Shown here: positions 38,785 to 51,021 of the stretch, piece after piece
How positions within the stretch are numbered: the stretch's first letter is position 1
How the letters are laid out: the number at the start of each line of letters is the position of its first letter
Origin: Haliotis cracherodii
Lineage: Eukaryota
Assembly: GCF_022045235.1 (NCBI RefSeq)
Contig: NW_027266275.1
Location: forward strand, 81,592,001 to 81,656,000
Length of the DNA stretch: 64,000 nt
Direction: 5' to 3'
Program-made: the position numbers and the translations under genes
The notes under the pieces: model-generated
Databases searched by the model: none
The model's input: only the letters and a program-made list of their open reading frames with translations
What the model was told of the DNA's origin: nothing

Positions 38785-39527
38785 TGACTACACACACGTT
38801 CCACATGTCCGACACATATCACTGCACACAAGTTGCACGTGTCCGACACGTATCACTACACACAAGTTCCACATGTCCGACACATATCACTGCACACAAG
38901 TTGCACGTGTCCGACACGTATCACTACACACAAGTTCCACATGTCCGACACATATCACTACACACAAGTTCCACATGTCCGACACATATCACTGCACACA
39001 AGTTGCACGTGTCCGACATATCACTTCACACAAGTTCCACATGTCCGACACATGTCACTACACACAAGTTCCACGTGTCCGACACATCACTACACACAAG
39101 TTCCACGTGTCCGACACATATCACTACGCACAAGTTCCACATGTCTGACACATATCACTGCACACAAGTTCCACATGTCCGACACATATCACTACACACG
39201 AGTTCCACATGTCCGACACATATCACTACACACAAGTTCCACGTGTCCGACACATCACTACACACAAGTTCCACGTGTCCGACACATATCACTACACACA
39301 AGTTCCACATGTCTGACACGTATCACTACACACAAGTTCCACATGTCCGACACGTATCTCTGCACACAAGTCTCTTATCACTACACACAATTTCCACATG
39401 TCCGACACATGTCACTACACACAAGTTCCACATGTCCGACACATATCACTACACACAAGTTCCACATGTCCGACACATATCACTACACACAAGTTCCACG
39501 TGGCCGACATGTATCACTGCACACAAG
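38785..39527. repeat. About 32-bp minisatellite (acacaagttccacatgtccgacacatatcact), about 23 copies
   Basis: Directly visible. Confidence 0.95.
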
Positions 39528-40512
39528 CCTGATAACCAATGAGAAATGACTGCCAATACTAAAACATTGCATGCTTGGTTGCATCTCAGTTGCCACAAAA
39601 CGTTTGTGTAATTTTGTTAACCTTTCTTTAATTATGCCATGATTAATTACCTGTCTGTTTATGTATGACAATTTTATGGACCTGTTTTGTGTCAGTTTCT
39701 ATTGTATGTCCTGTTTTGTATACTTTGCATTTCAAGTGCATGTTTGATAATGATCTAACATGAAAGCTGTTTCTGTTTGGTGTCTGTATACACAGCATGT
39801 AAACGTATGTATAAGCCAAGTCTGACCAATATTTCTGCCAGAATGATGTACCCTGATATAGGCCGGCACAACACTCTCTGTCCTAGCCTTATCACACAAG
39901 GGAATGTTGGGTTTTGGGTTGTTGTTTTTTAGCTGTTCATGCATTTTTTGCTTCTACAGGATGTAGCTTGGATCAGAGACCAATTTGATACGAGCCGTTC
40001 AGTGTCTTGATCTTTTATTGTTTCAGTAAATATATGTAAACTGCCTTTGTATGTTCGTATCCCTGTCACAATCTACCAACTGTAAGGTGATATACCATCA
40101 CAATGAACGGATGTTGTGCAATCTGTGTCAAAGTGTCTTCTCTCTCCATCCTGTTGCCCTTTTGATGTTTACCTGCGATCACAAACTGGTTCGTTTACAG
40201 AAGTGGTCATTTCTAACCCACTTAATGAAATTTGACACACACCAAAAAAGGGAAGAAAATCCATGATCTTTCTTTTGACAGATTTTCATCTCATTTGATG
40301 AATAATTATTAAAACATCTTGATGCATGGACAACATGAGTTATTTTGATACTAATGGGCAATGATTAAGGCCATTAAACACCAGCTGCATTTTACTAGCT
40401 TGCTTTGGAAGTTTCTAATAGCATCAAGCTGAACTGGAACTAGGGGAGACCACTCTGTATTCTCCACCCTTCCTGACTTGTTTAAGCTTTGCATGTCCTA
40501 AATTGCTTCCAG

Positions 40513-40587
40513 ACCAGGGATATGCGGAGGATGAGGAAACCGTCAAGACCCCACCCCCCAGTCCTTCAGAAAAACAACCATTCACAG
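40513..40587 (+). CDS. ANK2: Ankyrin tail cassette exon (75 nt)
   Basis: cttccAG ... CAG|GTAGAC; DQGYAEDEETVKTPPPSPSEKQPFT. Phase 1-1. Confidence 0.8.
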
Positions 40588-43070
40588 GTAGACTTCCACC
40601 CTTAGAAGTGACTTCATGTCAGTCGTCTCGCATGCTATCTTTCTGTCGTCAGTGACCAAGTGTAGCCCTAATTAGTGTCAGCAGCTGTCTTGTAGATAGA
40701 TCTGGAAGAAGCTGCAGTCTTAACTAATCTTACTGCTTATGCAATGAAGAGATATTTGGTTGTTAATGCACTTAATTTTTGTATACCTAATGTTGGTGCA
40801 TTTACAATCGGACTACTTTCACACATAGAAGATTTAATGTATGAAATGTTTTGATTTTGGATATTATTAATACCGTACGTAATATGGCTTTTTCCTAAAT
40901 TATTAATTTAGTTATACTTTTCTTCTGTAATGAATCATTGCAGATATTATAAGAGCTAATTTTATTTATTAGGATTCAATATTACTATTTGAGTTCAGAT
41001 TCATTCAAAGATCTGTAAAGTTTCTGATAGAAAATAAGTTTGAAACCTCCAAAGTTAAGCTGCGGCTTCTTTGCATGGCAGACCTCGACATATCTAAACA
41101 TCATCTGTTCCTCACGGCTCATATCAGGCTGAAATGGGCTTTGAGTTTCTCTCGTAACCAAGAGAAGCAGGACTGTGCATGTTTATCTCCTATAGGTTCT
41201 TCTATCTCCACTCATATAGAGTGGCAGTGTATATACTGGGCCTTTTAAGGACATCTTTTACCTGAAAATTATCTGCTAAATCATAGTTGTGTACTGATCC
41301 ACTGGCTGCTTAAACACAGGTACAATTCTCACCTTCATAAGATTGTACTTGCTGCCGATGCTGATTTTGCACCAGCATTCAAAAGCTTCATCAGAATAAA
41401 CATTACAGAGTACTGTGGATGTTTTTGTAGCCCTTGTTCCGAAATGATTTTTTTGTCTGATAGTGGAGCAGTACATTGGTACGATTTCGCAGCCACTAAT
41501 AAAAGTTTCGTTAGGGGGTCGAGTTTAAGGTATTTCATTTCTCTATCCTTAACAAAGGAATGAAGTAATTATGTTTGAGAACAAATCTGTATCTTCTATT
41601 CCCCATAACTCATCCTGACATCCTTTTTCTTACTGTCTACATCTCTTGTGTGATATGCTACATGCAGGGAGGTAATGGACAAGTCGACAGTGTTTGTTTC
41701 AGTGCTGTTTATTTTGCACCATGACTGGGTTTAATGATTTGGTCAGTTATGTTATGAGATCATTATCAATTTGTTGCACATCATTAATGGAAATATGTCT
41801 TATTTTGCACGACATGCATGCAACTTTTTATCAATTTATAACTGTGAAAATCTCCATGTTAAGGATACAGTTTCTGAAATGCTGACTGAAGATGACCAAA
41901 CAGACATTAATCAACTAATAATTTCATATAAGTGAGAGATATTTTAGCCTGCAGAGTAGGTATCTTGCATTGTCTTGGACAGAGTTGAAATTCTGTTACT
42001 TACCAAAATATCCAAAAGGGGCCAGTAGACTGTATCCAATCAGCTGGAGAACTAGGACTAGGTATGTCCTTGTAACGGGCAGAGTGTGTTACTGGGTTAA
42101 AGCTCTGTATGCCTGACATTAGATCTAGACCATCTTCTTGGCTTTCCAGAACAGAGAGTTTTTCCCATTCTGATAAATTTCTAGTACAGATGCTAAACAT
42201 GCTTTGTGTCATTTCTAATGACGTAGTTGTTGACTGGTGTGCTCTGTGCTGTACCATGTCAGAAGGACAGCGTTTTGTTTGTTACAAGGCTGTGGACCAC
42301 TGTGTATCAACCAGGGATTATCTACATCTGCTCACAGGATGTTTTTGGCCCCATGTCTGGAGCAAATGTCAGTAAAAAGACACAAACTGAAATTTAGAAT
42401 TTGTCAAGTCATGTAATTGCTTCACAGAGGTGATTTGCATTGCACTGATAACAGAACCACTACAGAGGCTTTTGTATTGAGCTTTACATTTTTGCATCAA
42501 GTCTTAAAATATCTCTGAATTTAAGAAAAAATGGACTTGTAGGAAAATCCAAATACTAACAAAATTATGTTTTCTTCCCAATTTAGGGTATGTAGTTTGG
42601 AATCCAAAATAACTCCTGTGAACAGTTTAATGTGGTGTTTAAAAAACAGCATTTTAGAAATTTCCTTTAAATAGCATTATTTGGAGTCTGTTTGCCTCCT
42701 TTTCAAAATTCTGAGTACCGGGGTATCTAACAGCAACAATATTCAGATCTAAGAAACACTTCGGCTAGTTTCCATAACGCAGTGGTACATGGGAAAACAT
42801 TTGCAACATCCTAATAATGTTTAACTTCTTGCAAAGGTTGTTGTTTCTGTTTCTGTACATTGTGGCTACATGTTAACGAGTGTAGTACTAACGAGGTGAA
42901 TCGCAGAGGGGCAAGTCAAGGATTAGCAAATATTCAACACAATGGGTACAGCTGGATGATAATAGCCATGTTTTAAGTTCCCATTTCTGTGGTTTATCAC
43001 ATTTATTTCTCATCACCCAATTCCCATTGGCAAATCTGAGTGTTTGTTTTCCCCACTGCTGCGTGATCAG

Positions 43071-43232
43071 CGGAGGAGCGCCATTTCGTAGAAGATGAGG
43101 AACATCATGATGAGGTCACAGAAATTGAGGAGATTTTCCAGATTTCTGAAGATGGGGAAACTTGGAAAACAATTCGTAAAGTGACCACCATAACACCACA
43201 GGGCACCTCTGAACGAACAGAGGTGATCAAAG
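43071..43232 (+). CDS. ANK2: Ankyrin tail cassette exon (162 nt)
   Basis: gatcAG ... AAG|GTAGCC; AEERHFVEDEEHHDEVTEIEEIFQISEDGETWKTIRKVTTITPQGTSERTEVIK. Phase 1-1. Confidence 0.82.
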
Positions 43233-44138
43233 GTAGCCGATTGTCGTCAAATCAATTTTGTCCCTACACGTAACAATTTCCAACACCCAATTGTCAAAGT
43301 CTTTATTTTTTGCTTCCTCAGTTGTTTTGCAAAGAAGATATCACAATCTTTTTAATTCTAAATAGAAATCTGGATTTATTTTGACCACATAAACCATTGT
43401 TGCTATTTCACCTTTGTTTTGCCTCCTGTGAGTTGAGTTTGATAGGAATAGTTGAACCTCCTTGGGAGTTTCTTTTCAGGATGTTTGCCATATCACTGGA
43501 TCGAAGCGTGCATGAATACAGGTTTAGCTTCTTTCACATTGTGCAATAGGGCATTTTTCTCTAGAATTGAAACTGCATTTGAACTTGACAGACTAACACT
43601 GTATTTCCTTCAATAAATACCTAGAATTATGATCAACAGGTTTTGATGGTTCTACTCTCATAACTCCTATGTGTGAACACAGATGGTCAGAGAATGTACC
43701 TCTTTTCTAAACAAGTCCCAGTTCCTTCACAGGCATCCTCAGAAGCTCATTTTAAAGGCTTCTGTCATGTCATTCTTTTGGCGAACACCTGGTGTCGTCT
43801 CTGATTTTCAGTGGTCCATCCGTATACTTTTTAATGCTATTTTGGCTTTTATGCCCAATGGAATGTGTCGGTGGATAATCAAGACTGGTTATTCTCTTGG
43901 CATTGACGTTTATTTTTGTAACATCTTGTAGGAATGTGTATTAGTGCAAAGAGTGTTTTGCTGATGAAATTTATCCGAGATTCCTCCATGTTTAATAATG
44001 TTGGTGTATATTCAAGGAAATACAGGATATAACTTATACTTTGTTTATTTTATGGTGAACTCTGACCTCACTATATGATGACTGTATGTGCATGATCTCT
44101 GCATGGTTTGTTGCAGTATGTGTGCTGCACTGAGTGTT

Positions 44139-44948
44139 CTGTGATATACTGTTATTCAGCTGCCAATATCCCCTACTATGTGATTTACTGTTATTCAGCT
44201 GCCAATATTACCTCCTATGTGATACACTATTATTCAGCTGCCAATATTACCTACTTTATGATATACTGTTATTCAGCTGCCAATATCCCCTACTGTGTGA
44301 TATGCTGTTATTCACCTGCCAATTTTACCTACTATGTGATATACTGTTATTCAGCTGCCAATATTACCTACTTTATGATATACTGTTATTCAGCTGCCAA
44401 TATCCCCTACTGTGATATGCTGTTATTCAGCTGCCAATATCCCCTAATGTGTGATATACTGTTATTCAGCTGCCAATATCCCCTACTGTGATATACTGTT
44501 ATTCAGCTGCCAATATCCCCTAATGTGTGATATACTGTTATTCAGCTGCCAATATCCCCTAATGTGAGATATACTGTTATTCAGCTGCCAATATCCCCTA
44601 ATGTGAGATATACTGTTATTCAGCTGCCAATATCCCCTAATGTGAGATATACTGTTATTCAGCTGCCAATATCCCCTAATGTGTGATATACTGTTATTCA
44701 GCTGCCAATATCCCCTAATGTGAGATATACTGTTATTCAGCTGCCAATATCCCCTACTGTGTGATATACTGTTATTCAGCTGCCAATATCCCCTACTATG
44801 TGATATACTGTTATTCAGCTGCCAATATCCCCTACTGTGTGATATACTGTTATTCAGCTGCCAATATCCCCTAATGTGTGATATACTGTTATTCAGCTGC
44901 CAATATCCCCTACTGTGTGATATACTGTTATTCAGCTGCCAATATCAC
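44139..44948. repeat. 39-bp minisatellite (gtgatatactgttattcagctgccaatatcccctactat), about 21 copies
   Basis: Directly visible. Confidence 0.95.
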
Positions 44949-45534
44949 CCGACTCTGTGATAGTTTCATACACAGTAATCCATTTTATTTCAGGTTTACA
45001 CCTTGCAGTTTGAACTGCCAACTGCACAACACCACTCACTGTGTCATGACTAAAATTAATGTGAATTTCCTTTTTTGATTGAGTTGTAATGATGAAAATG
45101 CTTTTTCCTTAAGTACTTGTTACAGATTTAGACATATTGTTGTATAAAAGTGAAGTTATTAGTAGTGATATAATTAAATAAATGTAAGGTGTCAGATTAC
45201 GCTAATTATGTAAGTTGAGAGAGCGGTTAAATTTAGATTTGTATTTCCCAAGGTTTATAGTTATTGTGATTAATGTTTAAGTAGTTTTTGTGCTTAAGTG
45301 ATGTACTGTCATAAGAACTGTAAATAATTAATGCTACTTTTTTTAGGAATAATATTACGGTACATGTTTTTTAATGTAAATACATTATGTTACATGTTTT
45401 TTAATGAAAATATAATTTTCGCTAAGAGATTGAAAGCCTCGGAAGAAAAAAAATAATATTTGAAGTAACTTAAACCTGGGTCAGATTGTCAAGAAGGCAC
45501 CAAACTCACACACAGATTTTCTTAAATGTTTCAG

Positions 45535-45629
45535 AAGAAAGAATAACTCCTTTCTCGAACGTTGAGCAAGCTGCTGCACGATTGGCTGCCGAGGCTGAAG
45601 GAGCTGACCAATCGGAGTCTGGTGTGTAG
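45535..45629 (+). CDS. ANK2: Ankyrin exon: probable alternative last coding exon (or 87-nt cassette ending 45621)
   Basis: gtttcAG acceptor, phase 1; EERITPFSNVEQAAARLAAEAEGADQSESGV* (TAG at 45627-45629). Weak internal donor CTG|GTGTGT. AATAAA at 47049. Confidence 0.7.
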
Positions 45630-47048
45630 TCGAATACTGTGTGCCTTGCCAATCCATGACAGGCTTTTGGGCCACATGATTAGCGCAGAGTGTAGCATAC
45701 AACAAGAGAACAATAGCCGATTATTATGTTTTAGCTATCCCTGAAGAATCTCATGAACAGAGAATTACTTAGAGGCTTCTGTATGTAGGATTCGGTTTTT
45801 GTCGAGATGGAGTTCTCTTTCTCAGCCCGCTCTAATGTAAGCAAGTTTTAAATGCGTAATTGTACATGTATTTGCTTGGCGGTTATTTCCAGGATATTTC
45901 AGCTTTGCATATTATTGCATGAGTTAAGAAACTGCGCGTATACTGTTTCCTGGACATCATGTTCAGCTAACAGACATAGGGTGTCAGGAAAGCATGGTTG
46001 GTTGAGCACTATTTTGCACCTGTCAAAAATGGTTTCATTTCACAGTTTTACACATGTGCATGGTTTTGATTGATTTCAATTATGCAAGAATATTTTCATA
46101 GTTATGATTGAACTATGGATATTGCGCTATATAATTTTATTTTCTCAATTCTGATATTGCTGATACGTGTTCGTAAGGTTATTGGGTTGGTGGAACCTGA
46201 GGAAGAAATCACTTTATGCATTGGCTCTGATTTGAATTTGACAACTGTTTGTGGAAATAACAAACAACTTACTAAATTACACTTGAAAGTGTCAGTGTTT
46301 CTTCCACAGGGTTGGATAAAATGAGATTCTTCAGACTTTGAGACAGGAGAAGCTTTTGCACTGAATTCAAAATTATTTATTATTTCATAATCCAAAGTAG
46401 ACAGTATTTATGGATAACAACTTCTTTAATTACTGTTTCGGTATAGATCCTTATTCCATTGTCAAGCAAGGATTTCATAATCCATTGAATCCTTTTTATT
46501 TAAGTTGATTCTTTTGTTTTCCTAAGTGTTGTTATACAGCTATACATGTTCGTTTGGCCGAGGGAGACCTTCGAAAAATGGCAAGCATTATTGATGTGAC
46601 ATCTTTTGTCAATAACGAAAAGTGCAATTTATATTCTCTTAGCTCATTGGATTTTACTTTCTTTGATATTTGTAATGTTATTTTAATGAGCAAGTGCAAT
46701 TTGTTGATTTTGATGAATATTTGCATATAAGGTTGTGACTTTTGATTGTTTTCATCTTAGTTGCTCTCAGCAGTGCTGATAAGAAAGCACGAGCTAGATA
46801 TAAGAAAATGATTTTGGGCATTAAGCAATCATTTCTAAATTTTAGAGTAAGAAGTTGAAATAATTTGTGTCACTTTAATTGTATTTAGTGTCTGTCCACT
46901 TTTAATTAACTTTTCCGCAAAAGAATTTCTTACATAATTTAGCTATTCATTACTCTTTAACATCTGCTTGATTTTCATATTTACATGATGTATAGCTTAT
47001 CTCACTGCCGTATTGCTTCGTCTATATTGTCATACTTTGTTGTCATTG

Positions 47049-47054
47049 AATAAA
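47049..47054 (+). promoter_or_regulatory. Putative polyadenylation signal for short isoform
   Basis: AATAAA followed by a GT/T-rich tract (ttggttgtggtattctttgtt), 1.4 kb after the stop at 45629. Confidence 0.45.
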
Positions 47055-48639
47055 TGTCTCCATCATTTAGTTACTTGGTTGTGGTATTCTTTGTTATTAT
47101 TAGTATATTTTATGTTCAATTTCGTTTTCGATTTGGTGAATTTTGTTCTGTAAACCATCACTCAGAGGCCAGGAGTATAAAAATACACGATTGACCGAAT
47201 CACCACAAGGTGCCGACTTCCAGGGTTAAATGATATTATGATGGTCTATGGATTGGTTAGAAGGCAATATTGATGTTAACAACACCTGAAAGAGAATCTT
47301 CAGTGTAAACGTTGTACAAACAGTTCCTGTTAATATAATGAACACACTATGTCAACTGGATATTATTCATGACAAGAAACATCATATGTAACAATACATC
47401 GTATCTCTATCTCATTTCATTTCCTTCATTTGCCTCAAAGTCAGGTTTAGTTTTCCAGTGTACAAAATCTCTTCACTTGAATATTTTTGAAAATCGTATA
47501 AGCAAAGATAAATACTGATTTCGGAAGTTAAAGATTATTTTCTTAACATAGTGCTTGCTGAACTCAGATTTGAAACATTATTGGATTCAGATTCTGGAAA
47601 ACTACATGTGGCTCTGTATAATGAAGGCCAAGTTCCTGATCATCCCCAATACTGCATGAAGTGTGTCTGTATTGCTTTCTTCAAGCGCATGTTGCTCAAC
47701 ATTTTTTCATAATCATGTCAAAGATCTGTTATTTTTATGGTTACACATGCCAAAGCATCCAAGCCAAATGCCAAGACGTACCTAGTTTAGGAATGAAACA
47801 TCATGGTCTGTGCCGCATTGTCCTTTTACCAAAAAAAATCTAAAATAAAGTATTCTGCCCCGCAGCCAGTGTTACAAAGCAGAGGAGGAGTGTTCTTGTA
47901 TAGGAGAGACCTACACCAACATGACATGGATGTTTGAACTCTTCTGGAGGGATGCTGGTTAATTTGACACTGTTACCCAGATGTTCACAACGCTGCGTAA
48001 ATGTTTTGTAGATGGTGACATTACTTCATGAATTATAGGATTTTCTCATTCTTCACATCGTCAGATAGTATAGTTTATTTGATACTGCTTAAATTGGCTT
48101 GTATGCTTTGTGCTTGGATCATTTCCTAACCCTTGATTCTTACTATTTCTGCATTGCAAATTCATGCTAGAGACATGCTGTTTATCTTTAGATAGCACAC
48201 TTTTGCATATAGTTTTCCTTCTAACTCAAAAAAAACTTCTTTCCTCTACTGTTTCAACTGTTGAATTAGGGCACTTACTCTAGGTGAGAATACAAGGGTT
48301 GAAATGCTACCAGCAACACACACACAAAGTGTAACCACTGTTCAAGTTGTGATATTTTATTTCATTACTAGTTAGTCTTACTAATGACTTTGTTTCACAT
48401 ACATTGTGTAGACCACAACTGTTTTGCTCGCCTTGGCCTAGTTTGAGCCACACTGATGACATCTGTGCATGGCTCCAGCTGCTCCAGCTGCTTATACTAG
48501 TACTGCAGAGTGACTCTTCTTCTGCTGTGTGTCTGCATGGTTTGCCTTCTGTCTGCCTCTAGAAATACAGCCTGCCTCCATCTAAGATGTCCGTAAGTCT
48601 CTCAATGCTTGGTATACGATAACATCCTGCAAATTTCAG

Positions 48640-51021
48640 AACAAGCTGAGTGGCTCAGGCAAAAAGAAGCCGAAGAACAGTCACGTCTTCAACGGCAGGA
48701 AGAGGAAGCTGAACTCCATAGAAAACAGGCTGAGTTGTATCGACAAGAGGCAGAGGAACGTGCACAACAACAACAGGTGGATGATGAGCGACGGAGGCAA
48801 GAGGCAGAAGCCGAGAAGCAAAGATTAGAAGATGACCGGTCAAGACAGCAAGAAATTGATGCAGAGAGATTGAAACAAGCAGAGTTAGATGCTGACAGGC
48901 TGAGGGACCAAGAGGCAGAAAGACTCCAGCAGAAAGAAGCTGAGCAGCTCCAGCAAGACGAAGCTGCTAGGTGCAGACAAAAAGATGCGGAGAAGGAAAA
49001 AGAGCTTGAAGAAGAAAAACAGCAGAGACTATTGAAAGAGCGAGATGATGATCTTGATGAAGTAGATAGGCTCCGCCAACAGAGGAAGGATGACGATGAC
49101 GATGAGATAGAGCGTCAGGAACTAGATCAACAGGAGAGACAGAGACAGCTTGAAACAGAGGATGATGGTGACCAGTACAGGCCACAGAAGGATCGAGCAG
49201 AGGATCGAGTCCGAGGTCCAGACTCAGAAACAAGAGTGGAGGCTGCCCACACCGACAAAGTTGCTAGCCTACCTCCAGGAGGGCCAATGTCTCTAGAACC
49301 TGAGCCTTATGGAGAAGCAGCAGAACAGATCATCAGTCCAACATCGGATGGATCATATCATGATGGACCATCCTCTGTCCCTGAGCCTCAAATGCCAGCA
49401 GGATTTGTTGCAGAAGACAGAGTAACTGACAAGGAATCTCCAATGTATGATTATGATCCAAGCTTTGATGAATTTGTTGACCATAGAGAAGAATACATAG
49501 TCGAGGAAACTGCTACTGAGAGGAAAGCAACCAGTCCTACCTACACAATTCCCTACAGTATCATAGGACAACCTGGTGTCACAGGAGAACAACCTGAGGT
49601 TGTTACCACTGGAAAACAGCCTGAGGTTGTTACCACTGGAAAAGAGCCTGGAGTCTTTGCCACTGAACAACAGCCTGGAGTCTCTGCCACTGAACAACAG
49701 CCTGGAGTCTCTGCGACCGAACAACAGCCTGGAGTCTCTGCCACTGAACAACAGCCTGGAGTCTCTGCCACTGAACAACAGCCTGGAGTCCCTGCGACCA
49801 AACAACAGCCTGGAGTCTCTGCCACTGAACAACAGCCTGGAGTCTTTGCCACTGAACAACAGCCTGGAGTCTTTGCAACTGAACAACTGCCTGGAGTCTC
49901 TGCAACCGAACAACAGCTTGGAGTCTCTGCAACCGAACAACAGCCTGGAGTCTCTGCGACCGAACAACAGCCTGGAGTCTTTGCGACCGAACAACAGCCT
50001 GGAGTCTCTATGACCAAACAACAGCCTGGAGTCTCCCCCACTGAACAACAGCCTGGAGTCTTTGCAACCGAACAACAGCCTGGAGTCTCTGCGACCGAAC
50101 AACAGCCTGGAGTCTTTGCGACCAAACAACAGCCTGGAGTCTCCCCCACTGAACAACTGCCTGGAGTCTTTGCAACCGAACAACAGCCTGGAGTCTCTGC
50201 AACCGCACAACAGCCTGGAGTCTCTGCGACCGAACAACAGCCTGGAGTCTTTGTGACCGAACAACAGCCTGGAGTCTCTGCGACCAAACAACAGCCTGGA
50301 GTCTCCCCCACTGAACAACAGCCTGGAGTCTTTGCAACAAAACACCAGCCTGGAGTCTTTGCAACCGAACAACAGCCTGGAGTCTTTGCAACCGAACAAC
50401 AGCCTGGAGTCTCTGCGACCGAACAACAGCCTGGAGTCTCTGCGACCAAACAACAGCCTGGAGTCTCCCCCACTGAACAACAGCCTGGAATCTTTGCAAC
50501 CGAACAGCAGCCCGGAGTCTCCCCCACTGAACAACAGCCTGGAGTCTCCCCCACTGAACAACAGCCTGGAGTCTCCCCCACTGAACAACAGCCTGGAGTC
50601 TTTGCAACTAAACAACAGCCTGGAGTCTCCCCAACTGAACAACAGCCTGGAGTCTTTGCAACCGAACAACAGCCTGGAGTCTTTGCCACAGGACCACAGT
50701 CTGATGTCATTACCATAGAACGACAGCATGGGGTCTTTGCAACAGGAGAACCTGATGTCACGGTTAAAGGACAAGAACCTAAGGTCGATGTAACAACAAA
50801 ACAGCCTGAGGTCACTTCCACAGGACAACAGCCCATATTTTCTGCCACAGGGCAGCATGACATGGAGGTCAAAGAACAACAGCCTCAGGCTGTTGTAACG
50901 GGAACACAACCTGAGCAGCTGTCAAGAAAGCCTGATGTTCTTACTGGTATGACAGGAGTCCAGCTGATAACCACCACCCAACAGTACTATGATGAAGAGG
51001 TATCAGGAGAATCTACTCAAG
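48640..51021 (+). CDS. ANK2: Ankyrin giant exon 1 (2382 nt): E/Q/R-rich coiled coil plus 9-aa repeat array
   Basis: Part of the 806-aa ORF 48609-51029. aatttcAG acceptor, AAG|GTACTT donor, phase 1-1, 794 codons. Confidence 0.88.
49647..50690 (+). repeat. Coding minisatellite, 27-nt unit (PGV[S/F][A/P]TEQQ), 39 copies
   Basis: First and last CCTGGAGTC at 49647 and 50673 are 38 x 27 nt apart; degenerate 9-aa units lie on both sides. Confidence 0.95.

Noticed and set aside
38784-39549. 252-aa and 238-aa His/Thr/Cys-rich ORFs; superficially CRISPR-like array
   Set aside because: Head-to-tail minisatellite with no unique spacers, in a eukaryotic intron.
42880-42930. Perfect TACTAAC followed by cgcAG and a GCAAGT
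   Set aside because: No pyrimidine tract after the branch motif; phase-1 reading stops after EGQVKD; no convincing frame-preserving exon.
39960-45013. Tiny terminal-exon candidates at 39960 (GCSLDQRPI*) and 44994 (GLHLAV*)
   Set aside because: Too short to judge; supported only by an acceptor-like sequence.
44108-45078. Tyr/Cys-rich repeat ORFs
   Set aside because: 39-bp minisatellite whose variants break the frame.
49530-49560. TYTIP as an EB-binding SxIP motif
   Set aside because: The residue at the Ser/Thr position is Tyr and the context is not basic.
49353-50909. Long minus-strand ORFs (518 aa and Cys-rich 439 aa) and alternate-frame plus ORFs
   Set aside because: Shadows of the stop-free 27-nt coding repeat in giant exon 1.
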